Origin: an uncultured Rivularia sp.
Lineage (GTDB): Bacteria; Cyanobacteriota; Cyanobacteriia; Cyanobacteriales; Nostocaceae
DNA: 64,000 bases
Direction of reading: 5' to 3'
NCBI GenBank assembly: GCA_963665115.1
Contig: OY762007.1
Location: 8,320,001 to 8,384,000, forward strand
Made by a program: the position numbers and the translations under genes. Position 1 is the first letter of the stretch, and every line of letters begins with the position of its first letter. This document shows positions 43,955 through 55,051 of this stretch, one piece after another. The notes under the pieces were generated by a model. It did no database searches. It was not told the DNA's origin and was given only the letters and a program-made list of their open reading frames with translations.

Positions 43955-44779
43955 ATGAATATTGCAATTATTGGTTGTGGATATGTAGGTTATGCAGTTG
44001 CGAAATACTGGAAGCAAGATAGCGATTTAGTTATAACTGCTACTACTACAACTCCAGCGAAGGTAACAACATTACAAGAAGTCGCGAGCAAAGTTGAAAT
44101 TGTCAAAAGTTCGGATATTGAAGCTTTAAAATCTGTACTGCAAAATCAAGATGTTGTCCTCTTAAGTGTAGGGCCAAAAAGTCGCGATGCTTATGAAGAG
44201 ACTTATCTAAAAACTGCTGAAAATATTGTTTCGGTATTGCAGCAGAATCCAACTGTCAAACAGTTGATATATACGGCAAGTTATTCGGTTTACGGGGATA
44301 GAAATGGCTCCAAAGTTGATGAAGAGACACCAACCGCACCGAGTAATCCGAATGGCGAAATTTTGAATAAAACCGAGCAAATTCTGCTTTCAGCGTCGGG
44401 CGAAAAGCTGCGGGTTTGTATCCTGCGATTGGGAGGAATTTACGGCGAAGGTAGAACCTTGCTTAAAATATTTAGTAGAGCTTTTGGTGAAACTCGCGCC
44501 GGTAGCGGTGAAGATACCACAAATTGGATTCATTTAGATGATATTGTCGGTGCAATTGAATTTGCACGTCAACAGCAGCTTAATGGTATTTATAATTTAG
44601 TTGATGATGCCCATCTTTCGAGTAAGCAACTAATAGAAAATTTATGTCAAAAACACAATAAACCAAACGTTACATGGGATGCTTCTCAAACAAAAACCCG
44701 TTCTTATAATTCCAGGGTATCCAATGAAAAGATAAAAAAAGCGGGATACAAATTGATTCATCCACAGATGATTTTTTGA
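43955..44779 (+). CDS. SDR / NAD-dependent epimerase family oxidoreductase
   Basis: GCGYVG Rossmann motif, LRLGGIYG, NWIHLDDI. Confidence 0.92.
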   Translation: MNIAIIGCGYVGYAVAKYWKQDSDLVITATTTTPAKVTTLQEVASKVEIVKSSDIEALKSVLQNQDVVLLSVGPKSRDAYEETYLKTAENIVSVLQQNPTVKQLIYTASYSVYGDRNGSKVDEETPTAPSNPNGEILNKTEQILLSASGEKLRVCILRLGGIYGEGRTLLKIFSRAFGETRAGSGEDTTNWIHLDDIVGAIEFARQQQLNGIYNLVDDAHLSSKQLIENLCQKHNKPNVTWDASQTKTRSYNSRVSNEKIKKAGYKLIHPQMIF

Positions 44780-44799
44780 TTTATATTTGATTAATAACT

Positions 44800-45729
44800 A
44801 TGATTACTCAAGACAAAACAGCATCTTCTAGTAAATTTTATACTTGGAATAATTTTCGCTGTGCTTACGATGTTCTTAACCCGATAGATTCAACTCCCGA
44901 AGGAATTCCCTTATTATTAATTCATCCCATTGGTGTTGGTTTATCGCGGCACTTTTGGCAAAGGTTTTGCGATGAATGGTATAAACAAGCTAATCGCAAC
45001 TTAATTTACAATCCCGACTTATTAGGATGTGGTGAAAGCGATATGCCGCACCTTGCTTATTATCCTATTGATTGGGCAGCACAATTAGAATATTTTATTC
45101 AAACTATAGTTAAAAAACCCGTAATTCTAGTAGTGCAGGGTGCCTTATTTCCCGTAGCTATAGAATTAGTTAAAAAGCAACCAGATTTAATTGCTGGAAT
45201 TATTTTATCAGGTCCTCCCGCTTGGAGCGTCATAACGAAGCCAGCAGCAGAATGGCAGCAAAAGCTATTATGGAATCTGTTATTTGATTCACCGTCAGGA
45301 AATCTTTTTTATCGCTACGCCAGACGCAAGAAGTTTTTAGAAGATTTTTCTATCAAACAGCTATTTGATTCAGAAAAAGACGTTGATGATGAATGGTTGG
45401 ATACTTTGCGAGAAGGAGCGAAAAATCTGGCAACTCGCTATGCAGTTTTTTCGTTTTTAGCTGGATTTTGGCGAAAAGATTATCAAAAAGCCATAGAATC
45501 TATAATGCAGCCAACATTAGCAGTTTTTGGCGAAACAGCATCGAGCATTAGCCAAACAGGTAAAAAAGATACCACCGAAAAACGTTTAGCCGACTATAGC
45601 TTGCATCTACCCCAAGGAAGCGCCATCAAAATTCCCGGAAGAAACGTCTTACCTTATGAATCAACAGCCGAATTCGTTAAGGCGATCGCACCGTTTGTAA
45701 ATCAGTTAACAGTGAACAGTGAACAGTGA
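44800..45729 (+). CDS. Alpha/beta fold hydrolase
   Basis: LLLIHPIG, PDLLGCGESD; canonical GxSxG replaced by VQGA. Confidence 0.85.
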   Translation: MITQDKTASSSKFYTWNNFRCAYDVLNPIDSTPEGIPLLLIHPIGVGLSRHFWQRFCDEWYKQANRNLIYNPDLLGCGESDMPHLAYYPIDWAAQLEYFIQTIVKKPVILVVQGALFPVAIELVKKQPDLIAGIILSGPPAWSVITKPAAEWQQKLLWNLLFDSPSGNLFYRYARRKKFLEDFSIKQLFDSEKDVDDEWLDTLREGAKNLATRYAVFSFLAGFWRKDYQKAIESIMQPTLAVFGETASSISQTGKKDTTEKRLADYSLHLPQGSAIKIPGRNVLPYESTAEFVKAIAPFVNQLTVNSEQ

Positions 45730-45857
45730 ACAGTTAAGAGTTAGGAGTTAAGAGTTAAGAGTGAGTAGTGAGTAGTAAATTAATAATTCTTCTCCCCATC
45801 TACCCCCTCTACCCCCTCTACCCCCTCTACCCCCTCTCACCTTTGACCTAAAATACT

Positions 45858-46844
45858 TTGTGGTTAATTAAATTTTGGATAAATGTTCTAGCAGGATTAG
45901 CGATAATATTCACGACATTAAGTCTTGCTGGAAGAAAATGGTGGGTGTTTGCATTAATGGAACATCCAAGAGTTCAGTATTCGCTGATTTTAGTTATTGC
46001 GCTATTCGTCAGTTTATTTACTTTAAAAAAGCGAATTAATATCTGGACTATTTTATGTTCGATTGCTTTATCGAGCAATTTGATATTGATTTTCCCTTTA
46101 TTTATTCCTCCGAATCTAACTTCCACTCAGGCTTTAAATACTTCACCACAAACAATCCGGGTAATTCATGCAACGCTTGATAGTAAACAACCCGATGCAA
46201 CGAAAGCAATAGAATATTTAAATAAGCAAAAAACAGATATTTTATTTTTATTGGAAGTTACTCCTCAATCATTAATACAGCTTAAAAAAGGATTGACAAA
46301 TTACCGTTTAATCGCTGCACAACCAAAATATATTAGTCATGGAATCGCATGGTTTGTAGCTCAACAGCAAACAAAACCAATTGAACCAAAAAGATTCGGG
46401 TTTATTAGTTTACCGAAAGATAACAATCGTCCCTTATTAAGAGCCAGAATTTCTTATAACGATAGAGAAATTACTTTACTTTGCTTTCACGTAATTAGTC
46501 CGCGTAATGCTAAAACAGTAGCATATCAAGAAATAGAATTTGATGCTCTTGCGAAGTGGAGTCAAAGAATACAAAATGGCAAGCAAGATTTAGTTGTGAT
46601 AGGTGATTTTAATAGTACTCCTTGGTATGGGCTATTTCGCAAATTAGTAAGTCAAAGTGGTTTGATAAACTCTCAGCGTGGTTTTGGGATACAAACCACC
46701 TGGCATTCTGTTTTACCGCCAATATTACGAATTCCCATAGATCACTGCTTGCATAGTAAATCTTTAACTACAATTCGCCGTTTTACTGGCTCAGATATTG
46801 GTTCAGATCACTTACCTTTATTTGTAGAATTTAAGTTGGATTGA
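45858..46844 (+). CDS. Membrane-anchored endonuclease/exonuclease/phosphatase family protein
   Basis: N-terminal TMs, GDFNS, IDH, GSDHLP. Confidence 0.92.
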   Translation: MWLIKFWINVLAGLAIIFTTLSLAGRKWWVFALMEHPRVQYSLILVIALFVSLFTLKKRINIWTILCSIALSSNLILIFPLFIPPNLTSTQALNTSPQTIRVIHATLDSKQPDATKAIEYLNKQKTDILFLLEVTPQSLIQLKKGLTNYRLIAAQPKYISHGIAWFVAQQQTKPIEPKRFGFISLPKDNNRPLLRARISYNDREITLLCFHVISPRNAKTVAYQEIEFDALAKWSQRIQNGKQDLVVIGDFNSTPWYGLFRKLVSQSGLINSQRGFGIQTTWHSVLPPILRIPIDHCLHSKSLTTIRRFTGSDIGSDHLPLFVEFKLD

Positions 46845-46927
46845 GGGATTGGGTAATAGGGAATTGGGCATTGGTGATGCGGCTCCCGGCAGCGTCTCTA
46901 CAAACTAATTTATAAAGTCACAACGAT

Positions 46928-49900
46928 TTATTTCTTCTGCGTAAAAGATGTTATTAATCTATGGAAAGATGCTAGAAATCCCTTCAGATGTTCCCAAAAT
47001 ATAATTTTTTGCGTGCTGTTTTGAGCAAATGTCGTTAGTTGAGTGAACCATTTTGTAAAAAACTGTAATTTTTCTACGATATGTTCAACAATCTGCTGGG
47101 CTAATACCATGCTTTGTTCTGCTTCTTGAGAAATTTGTGTTTGAATAGCGGCAGTTTGATTCATGTCACCGACTAATTTACCCACCTGCATATTTACGGT
47201 GGCAATACAATCAAGTTTCTGCTCGTTAGTTTGCAGCGATTGTGTCCAAGTTGATATTTGTTGAGTTCTAGCTTCCATTATCTCAACTATTTGATTAATT
47301 TCTGCCATCTCAGAAGTAAGTAAAGGTTGAGTTTCTACTATTACTTCAAGTAACTGTTCTTTTAACTTATATACATCATCTGTATGAACAATTATAGTTT
47401 CTCCGTAACCATTTACTAAGTTACTTTCGGCGAAGTGTCTATTCATGCTGTAACTGTTATTGGTTTGCTTGCCTAAGTGAGCAGCAAGTTGGCTTATAAG
47501 ATTAGAAAGATTTTGGCAATGTTGATTAAGCTGCTTGACTTTCATTCCACTATCTGAAACAGCTTCCTGAAGAGCAGAAATACTTTCTAATGTAGATTTT
47601 ATGTTTCCTCGCTCTTCTTCAAGTAAGTCATAGTTTTTTTGCACTTGTTGCTCTGCTTGCGAAGCAGTTGTTGTCATGACTTTTGCTGTATCAAAAATCT
47701 GTTGAATTTGTTTGCGAGAAGCAGCAAGATAGTTAGAGAGATTTACAGCTTTACTCCAGAAAGCTTTAAAAATCATTTGGTTATTTTGAGATAGTTCGAT
47801 AACTACCTGTCTTAAGTCTTCCTGTTGGGGAAGAAAGATATTTTGGTTTTGATTTTGATCTTGATTTAATTCATTAGTTTGAGTGTTCTGTTTTATTATT
47901 TTGGCATTATCTAAGGCAAAGCCTATTTGCATGGCAATTTGCGAAAACCATCTAATTTCATGAGAAAGCCAATCACGCGGTTGCGAGCATTGATGAGCAA
48001 CTAATAAACCCAACAGTTTGCCTTCGTTAATAATTGGTGCAACTAAATTCGCCTTAACTTCGAGTTTCTCAAGTTGCTCGATGTAACATCTTGTGAAATT
48101 GGCTTCGTAAATATTTGCAGTCGCTTTAACTCGCCCATTTTGATATTTTTCGATGTATCTGGCTTCAAAGCAAGGATCTTTGATTGTCATTCCCAAAGCT
48201 TTTGTGAATCTAGGAGAAACCGATTCAGCAGTTACCACTCCAAAAGATTCTTCCGAAAGTCCATAAACTACTACTCTATCGCCGTTCAATATTCGACGAA
48301 CTTCTTCAGTTGCAGTTTCAAGAATATTTTCTCTTACGAGAGATTGGCGAATCAGTTTAACGGTTTCGGTAAAGTATTGCGTCCATTGGGTTTCGGTATC
48401 TGCTTGCTTTCTCAAATTCCCAGCTTCTGCTAAGACTTTGGCATTATCGAGAGCAAAACCTACCTGCATAGCAATTTGCGAAAACCACTTAATTTCATGC
48501 TCTTCCCAATTATGTGGTTGCGAGCAATGATGAGCAACCAATAAACCCAGCAGTTTACCTTCGTTGATTATTGGTGCAACTAAGTTCGCTTTAACTTGCA
48601 GTTTCTCAAGCTGCTCGATGTAACATCTTGTAAAATTGGCTTCGTAAATGTTCGCAGTTGCTTTAACCCTGCCATTTTGATATTTTTCGATGTACCTAGC
48701 TTCAAAACAAGGATCTTTAATTGCCACTCCCAAAGCTTTTGTAAAGCCAGGAGAAACTGCTTCGGCAACTACCATTCCATTCGATTCTTCCGAAAGTCCA
48801 TAAACTACAACGCGATCGCATTCGAGTAGTCGCCATGCTTCTTGAGTTGTAGTTTCAAGAATATCTTCTTTATTAAGGGATTGGCGAATGTATCTTACTG
48901 TTTCGGTAAAGTACTGCGTCCATTGGGTTTCGGTATCTGCTTGCTCTCTAAGGTTCGATTTTTCTGCTAAGACATTGGCATTGTCTAAGGCAAAACCTAC
49001 CTGCATGGCAATCTGCGAAAACCATCTAATTTCATGAGAAAGCCAATCACGCGGTTGCGAGCATTGATGAGCAACTAATAAACCCAGCAGCTTACCTTCG
49101 TTGATTATTGGTGCAACTAAATTCGCCTTAACTTCAAGTTTCTCTAGTTGCTCGATGTAACATATTGTATAGTTGGCTTCGTAAATATTGGCAGTCGCTT
49201 TAACTCGTCCATTTTGATATTTTTCGATATATCTTGCTTCAAAACAAGGATCTTTGATTGTTGCTCCCAAAGCTTTTGTGAAACGAGGAGAAACCGATTC
49301 GGCACTTACCACTCCCCGCGAGTTTTCATTTAAGCTATAAATTACAACGCGATCGCAATCTAATACTCGACGGATTTCCTGAGTTACAGTTTTAAGAATA
49401 TCTTCTCGATTTAAAGATTGACGAATCAGTTGAACGGTTTGTGTAAAATATTGCGTCCACTCAGCTTCGATATCTGTTTGTTCTCGAAGATCGGATGTTT
49501 CTGCTAAGACATCAGCATTATCTAACGCAAAACCTACCTGCATGGCAATTTGCGAGAAGCATCTGATTTCATGAGAAAGCCAATCACGCGGTTGGGAGCA
49601 TTGATGAGCAACCAACAAACCCAGTAGTTTGTCTTCATTAATTATGGGTGCAACCAAGTTCGCTTTAACTTGCAGTTTCTCTAGTTGCTCAATATAACAA
49701 GAGCTATAATTTGCCTCGTAAATATTGGCAGTTGCTTTAACCCGCCCATTTTGATATTTTTCGATATATCTTGCTTCAAAACAAGGATCTTTGATTGTTG
49801 CTCCCAAAGCTTTTGTGAAACGAGGAGAAACCGATTCGGCACTTACCACTCCCCGCGAGTTTTCGCTCAAGCTGTAAATTACAACGCGATCGCAACTAAA

Positions 49901-50668
49901 TATTCGGCGAACTTCTTTAACACTAGTTTGAAAAACATCTTCTCGGCTAAGAGATTTGCGAATCACCCTAACCGCATCAGTAAAGTAGTTCGTCCATTCA
50001 GCTTCAGCATTTGCTTGCTCTCTAAGATTCTTCGCTTCTGCCAAGAGATTAGCATTATCGAGAGCAAAACCCACCTGCATGGCAATTTGCGAGAACCACC
50101 TGATTTCATGTTCTTGCCAATGACGTGGTTGAGAGCATTGATGAGCAACCAATAAACCCAGCAGTTTACCTTCGTCGATCACTGGTGCAACTAAATTTGC
50201 TTTGACTCCTAATTTCTCAAGTTGCTCGATATAGCAAGCAGACAGATTTGCTTCATAAATGTTTGGAGTTGCTTTAACACGTCCATTTTGGTACTTTTCT
50301 ATGTATCGAGCCTCAAAACAGGGATCTTCAATTGTCATTCCAAAAGCTTTAGTGAAGCCGGGAGCAACCGATTCGGCAATTACTACCCCATTGGATTCCT
50401 TATCGAGTCCATAGACTACTACCCGATTGCACCCTAACACTCGACGGACTTCTTCAGTTGCGGTTTCGAGAATATCTTGAGGCTTGAGAGATTGGCGAAT
50501 ATATCTGACAGTTTCGGTGAAATACTCCGCCCACTCCATATCTAGATTTGCTTGTTGAGATTCTTCAACAACAGTAGCTCTAAGAATATCTGTAGAGCTA
50601 TCGGATAAATTTTGCTCTGAAGAAGAAAAACCTTGACTATTTTTGGATCTATTGAGATAGCTTGTCAT
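46928..50668 (-). CDS. Cyanobacteriochrome with five DXCF-type GAF domains and a degenerate MCP-like coiled-coil tail
   Basis: Five near-identical repeats each with DPCF and CY Cys residues and LLVAH(Q/H)C. Confidence 0.9.
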   Translation of the reverse strand: MTSYLNRSKNSQGFSSSEQNLSDSSTDILRATVVEESQQANLDMEWAEYFTETVRYIRQSLKPQDILETATEEVRRVLGCNRVVVYGLDKESNGVVIAESVAPGFTKAFGMTIEDPCFEARYIEKYQNGRVKATPNIYEANLSACYIEQLEKLGVKANLVAPVIDEGKLLGLLVAHQCSQPRHWQEHEIRWFSQIAMQVGFALDNANLLAEAKNLREQANAEAEWTNYFTDAVRVIRKSLSREDVFQTSVKEVRRIFSCDRVVIYSLSENSRGVVSAESVSPRFTKALGATIKDPCFEARYIEKYQNGRVKATANIYEANYSSCYIEQLEKLQVKANLVAPIINEDKLLGLLVAHQCSQPRDWLSHEIRCFSQIAMQVGFALDNADVLAETSDLREQTDIEAEWTQYFTQTVQLIRQSLNREDILKTVTQEIRRVLDCDRVVIYSLNENSRGVVSAESVSPRFTKALGATIKDPCFEARYIEKYQNGRVKATANIYEANYTICYIEQLEKLEVKANLVAPIINEGKLLGLLVAHQCSQPRDWLSHEIRWFSQIAMQVGFALDNANVLAEKSNLREQADTETQWTQYFTETVRYIRQSLNKEDILETTTQEAWRLLECDRVVVYGLSEESNGMVVAEAVSPGFTKALGVAIKDPCFEARYIEKYQNGRVKATANIYEANFTRCYIEQLEKLQVKANLVAPIINEGKLLGLLVAHHCSQPHNWEEHEIKWFSQIAMQVGFALDNAKVLAEAGNLRKQADTETQWTQYFTETVKLIRQSLVRENILETATEEVRRILNGDRVVVYGLSEESFGVVTAESVSPRFTKALGMTIKDPCFEARYIEKYQNGRVKATANIYEANFTRCYIEQLEKLEVKANLVAPIINEGKLLGLLVAHQCSQPRDWLSHEIRWFSQIAMQIGFALDNAKIIKQNTQTNELNQDQNQNQNIFLPQQEDLRQVVIELSQNNQMIFKAFWSKAVNLSNYLAASRKQIQQIFDTAKVMTTTASQAEQQVQKNYDLLEEERGNIKSTLESISALQEAVSDSGMKVKQLNQHCQNLSNLISQLAAHLGKQTNNSYSMNRHFAESNLVNGYGETIIVHTDDVYKLKEQLLEVIVETQPLLTSEMAEINQIVEIMEARTQQISTWTQSLQTNEQKLDCIATVNMQVGKLVGDMNQTAAIQTQISQEAEQSMVLAQQIVEHIVEKLQFFTKWFTQLTTFAQNSTQKIIFWEHLKGFLASFHRLITSFTQKK

Positions 50669-50798
50669 TTTATTATGTATGAATTTGATTATGAATTTGA
50701 TAAAGTCATGCTCAGCATGATTGAGCTATATAGACATCAATAGCTGGATCGATTGCAAATGAGTAGTTAAGCAAAATAGTTGATATATGTATCTGTAT

Positions 50799-50912
50799 AT
50801 ACAGCACTTTGCAGGTATATGAGGTACATTTCCCTACTCCCTACTCCCTACTCCCTACTCCCTACTTCCTCTAGAAACGATGTGTACCTCACTTAAATGA
50901 AATCTGCTGTAT
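50799..50912. mobile_element. MITE-like element with internal heptamer repeats
   Basis: Nested inverted repeats ATACAGCA..TGAGGTACA / TGTACCTCA..TGCTGTAT around (CCCTACT)x5. Confidence 0.7.
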
Positions 50913-51314
50913 CTATCCCCTTATGAAGTTTTACTTAAAAAAATTCATACATAATCATGAATGTATAAAATTCTGTCCTTTCTTTTAAAAATAATTCTGC
51001 TAATTTAAGTAATATATCAAATAATATGTCAAGAAAGTAAAAAGAATATGCACTAATTTAAAAGTTCTGAAAATCTTTAATTAGATTGTGCTTATTCTTT
51101 ATATATAAATTATGTAAAAAATGCTACTTTGAGAGATAAAAATTTTGTCAAAGCAATTCAAAATTATCAATTAAAAATTATCATTACCTAATGTTTGAGG
51201 CTTGGAGCAAAGAATATGATGAAAACCTTTTTATCCTTCAATGGAGAGGCTTATATCCTTAATGAAACAATTAATTTTTAATTTTTAATTTTTAGTTTTT
51301 AATTCAAATAATGG

Positions 51315-52157
51315 TTATTCTACCAAATCAAAAAACTCTTGATGAAGCCTTTTTGGAACTAGAAAAATCATCTTCGGACGAAAATCTTTTGGATACTCAG
51401 TAATTTGGATAAACTTTGGTTTTAAATGGATTTTTGATTTATCTTTCGGCTTTATAAATGCAAAAATTAGATAATCTAGTTTCCCTGCAAACTTCAATAC
51501 GCGACTATCAGGAAAAGCTTCAGATAAAATTAAAGGCTGTTCCTTTTCAATTAAATTTTTTCCACCTAACAATACTTCAGTATCCGCACCTTCCACATCT
51601 GTTTTGATTGCAGTGACTTTTAGATCGGGATGTTTGTTGGCAAAGTTATCTAAAGTATCAACTTTCACCTTAATAGAGTCAATAGAATTTTCTGATTTTG
51701 TATTTAATCTGCTTAATTCCGGTAGCCTTGTAATATCAAACTGCATTTCACCGGCTTCTGAATAAACCGCTTCTTGAATAACCGTAATATTATTAACTTT
51801 TTCGGCATTTTCTTTTAAAGCTGCAATACTCCTTAAATCTGGTTCAAAAGCATAAACCTTTCGACAATAAGGAGATACCAGTAATGAGTAATAACCAATA
51901 TTTGCGCCGATATCTAAAAAGCTTTTGCGTTTATCGAGGCATCTAATTAAATATTCTTCGCTACCCCAATCAACAGAACCATTTTTCACAAACAACTCAG
52001 TTCCAAAGCGACTATTGCGGGGAAGATTTATTGATATTTGATTATTTAACTTGATGCTATTATCTTTTTTAAGAATACGCTTATAAAATTGTCTGATAAA
52101 ATATCTGTAAAAAAACTTAGGATAACCAACTTCACGGACGAGATTCCAATTTAACAT
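51315..52157 (-). CDS. FkbM family methyltransferase
   Basis: LDIGANIG, AFEP, IKTDVEGAD; the ORF-track N-terminus is translated STRR, real start MLNWN at 52157. Confidence 0.93.
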   Translation of the reverse strand: MLNWNLVREVGYPKFFYRYFIRQFYKRILKKDNSIKLNNQISINLPRNSRFGTELFVKNGSVDWGSEEYLIRCLDKRKSFLDIGANIGYYSLLVSPYCRKVYAFEPDLRSIAALKENAEKVNNITVIQEAVYSEAGEMQFDITRLPELSRLNTKSENSIDSIKVKVDTLDNFANKHPDLKVTAIKTDVEGADTEVLLGGKNLIEKEQPLILSEAFPDSRVLKFAGKLDYLIFAFIKPKDKSKIHLKPKFIQITEYPKDFRPKMIFLVPKRLHQEFFDLVE

Positions 52158-52345
52158 AATAGGGAATAGGGAATAGGGAATAGGGAATTGGGCATTGGGC
52201 ATTGGGCATGAAGTCAAGCTTTAACCTTAATAATAGCCTCTCTCTTTAATCGAGCGAGCAAGATGCGTCCCCCTGGCGGACACGCTGCGCTAACGCACTA
52301 CAATATATTTTTCAAAAATTGGGATGCTCCATTACCCATTACCAA

Positions 52346-52966
52346 TTACCTATTACCTTTAACCCCCACACCTTTATACATATAACCGATAAATTTAGGC
52401 GTTTTCTCTACATAAAATTCTTCCAAATCCACCCGATAAAATTGTTGTTCTACAAGAGAGCGAATATTACGGTTGAGATGACAACCATCAGCAATCACAT
52501 TTTGTATCGGATTTAATCGATTTTGCCAAGTTTGAACTGATGGTTCATTACTCAAACCATGTTCGATAAAAAAGAATTTACCACCGGGTTTCAACACTCG
52601 ATGAATTTCCTTGACGGCTTGTTCAACTTTCTCAATGCTGCATAAAGTCCAAGTACTGACAACGCTGTCAAAAGTATTATCTGCCATCGGTAGATTTTCA
52701 CCGCTTAATATCCGATGATCTACGGTTATAGAAGATTTTTCAATTCGTTTATGAGCAAGTTTATGAACTCCGGGATTATTATCAACGGTGATTAATTTAT
52801 GAATCTCATCTGGATAATAGGAAAGATTCAAACCAGTACCGAAACCAATTTCTAAAACTTCCCCTTCAACTTCTGCTAAAACTTCTTGACGATATTGATT
52901 AAAAGTAGAATCCGATAGCGACCAATCAAGAAGATAAGGAAAAATTTTCTGTGAATAGAATCCCAT
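52346..52966 (-). CDS. Class I SAM-dependent methyltransferase
   Basis: VLEIGFGTG, FDSVVSTWTLCS, RVLKPGG. Confidence 0.94.
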   Translation of the reverse strand: MGFYSQKIFPYLLDWSLSDSTFNQYRQEVLAEVEGEVLEIGFGTGLNLSYYPDEIHKLITVDNNPGVHKLAHKRIEKSSITVDHRILSGENLPMADNTFDSVVSTWTLCSIEKVEQAVKEIHRVLKPGGKFFFIEHGLSNEPSVQTWQNRLNPIQNVIADGCHLNRNIRSLVEQQFYRVDLEEFYVEKTPKFIGYMYKGVGVKGNR

Positions 52967-53150
52967 ATTTTCTCCTAAAAGACTTTAATTATCTTAACGG
53001 CCAAAAAACAAATGTTCGGATTTCTTAACAAAATTAAGATAGGATTATGTCTGGCTTATTGTATTATTATCTACATTAATCCTGACTTCTGAAAGCAAAT
53101 TTACATAATTTGTAAAGGTTCGTTCAGAGCAGATTTGTGAGGAGTAACAA

Positions 53151-54812
53151 GTGATACAGAATATTTTTAAAGTATGGTTACATAGTCCTGCTTTATTAGC
53201 TACTACTTTAATAATGACGGCTGCGAGTGCAAATTTAATGCCACAATTGGCAACAGCAACGCAGCCCGATTCTCAAAAGTCTTTTCAATTAAGTGAAATT
53301 CCTCAAAGCTCAGAAAATAATCTAGATTTCAAACAAAACTTTGCTCAAACCGATCAAAAACAAATAATATCTCAAGTTACCTCAGTTTCTCAATTATCCG
53401 ACGTTCAGCCAACAGATTGGGCATTTGCGGCTTTACAATCTTTAGTTGAACGCTATGGTTGTATAGCAGGTTATCCGAATGGAACTTATCGCGGTAATCG
53501 CGCTTTAACTCGTTACGAATTCGCGGCAGGTTTAAATGCTTGCTTGGATAGAGTTAATGAATTGATTGCAACTGCGACTGCCAATATAGTATCTAAAGAA
53601 GACTTAGAAACTTTACAGCGCTTACAGCAAGAATTTTCAGCCGAACTTGCAACTCTGCGTGGTAGAGTTGATGCTTTAGAAGCTCGTACATCTGAAATCG
53701 AGGCAAATCAGTTTTCTACTACTACCAAACTTCAAGGTGAAGCCGCTTTTACTCTTGCAGGTGCAGACGGAGATGATGTAGATGCTGAAATTGTGTTTAA
53801 CGAAAGAATTCGTCTTCAGCTAGTATCTAGTTTCACGGGTAAGGATAAGTTGTTTACTCGTTTAACTGCGGGAAGTATCGGTAACTCATTTGCTGACGAA
53901 ATTGGTACTAATGAAGGTCGTTTTGCTTTTGATGGCCCTGGTAACAACGATGTTGTTCTAGATAGATTGCACTATGTCTTCCCAGTTGGCGACAAACTTA
54001 AAGTAACCACGATGGCGAGTTTGGGAGCGCACCATTTTTATGCTGACGTATTCAACTCCGGCTTGCATGCTGGTGGTGGTGCTACTGGTGCAATGTCCCG
54101 ATTTGCCGAACGAAATCCTATCTATCGTTTAGGAATTGCTCGCTCTACAACAGGTGTTGGTTTTAGCTACAAGCTAGCCGATGCTATTAAGGTTGAAGGA
54201 GGTTATCTTGCTAAAAATGGTTCTAACCCGAACGAGAAAGCAGGATTATTTAATGGAAACTATTCCGCAATGGGACAGCTTGTCTTTCAACCAGCCAAAA
54301 GATTTAAATTTGGTTTGACTTATATAAACGGTTACGATCCAGGTGATGGAACTTTTGCATTTGGTGGCACCGGAACCAACTTTGCTAACGGTTTGCTTCC
54401 TGGTACAGAAGAAAGACGAATCAACAGTAATTCCTACGGTGTGCAAGCTCAACTCGATTTGAGTTCCAAATTTAGTATTCGAGGTTGGGGAAGCTATACC
54501 GATGTTGATTTCAGCGGTGGAGGAGATGCTGAAATCTGGAATTATGCACTGGCTTTAGTATTTCCCGATTTGGGTAAAAAAGGTGGTTTGGGTGCAATCG
54601 TTGCAGGTGCAGAACCCTATGCTGGAAAAATTTCACCAACACCAGCCAACTTTGAAAATGATACACCCATACATATTGAAGCTTTATACAAATATCCCAT
54701 CAACGACAACATTTCAATTACACCCGGAGTCATTTGGTTAAAGTCACCCAATCAAGATGAAGACAACGATGATGTCTTTATTGGTGCGTTGAGAACTACG
54801 TTTACTTTTTAA
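53151..54812 (+). CDS. Cyanobacterial outer-membrane porin (SLH plus OprB type)
   Basis: VTSVSQLSDVQPTDWAF, NQFSTTTKL, C-terminal LRTTFTF. Confidence 0.96.
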   Translation: MIQNIFKVWLHSPALLATTLIMTAASANLMPQLATATQPDSQKSFQLSEIPQSSENNLDFKQNFAQTDQKQIISQVTSVSQLSDVQPTDWAFAALQSLVERYGCIAGYPNGTYRGNRALTRYEFAAGLNACLDRVNELIATATANIVSKEDLETLQRLQQEFSAELATLRGRVDALEARTSEIEANQFSTTTKLQGEAAFTLAGADGDDVDAEIVFNERIRLQLVSSFTGKDKLFTRLTAGSIGNSFADEIGTNEGRFAFDGPGNNDVVLDRLHYVFPVGDKLKVTTMASLGAHHFYADVFNSGLHAGGGATGAMSRFAERNPIYRLGIARSTTGVGFSYKLADAIKVEGGYLAKNGSNPNEKAGLFNGNYSAMGQLVFQPAKRFKFGLTYINGYDPGDGTFAFGGTGTNFANGLLPGTEERRINSNSYGVQAQLDLSSKFSIRGWGSYTDVDFSGGGDAEIWNYALALVFPDLGKKGGLGAIVAGAEPYAGKISPTPANFENDTPIHIEALYKYPINDNISITPGVIWLKSPNQDEDNDDVFIGALRTTFTF

Positions 54813-55051
54813 GAATGGGCATGGGGGATGGGGGATGGGGCATGGTTAAGAGTTAGGAGTAGCGAGTAGCAATTTAATAGCATTCCTTCTTCTAAAGCGT
54901 AGCCTTGACCATTTGTTCACAAACAGGGGTGTTACTTGCTCTCGTTACTCGTCACTCGCTACTTGCTACTCCTTGTTCGTAGTTGCGCTTCAGCGCCAAA
55001 TATTTGGGGGGAGTAACTGTTAGCTAATTTCTACCCAAAACTGGACATATC

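Noticed and set aside
48074..50437. Repeated plus-strand ORFs within the GAF gene
   Set aside because: Antisense shadows of the five-fold repeated coding sequence
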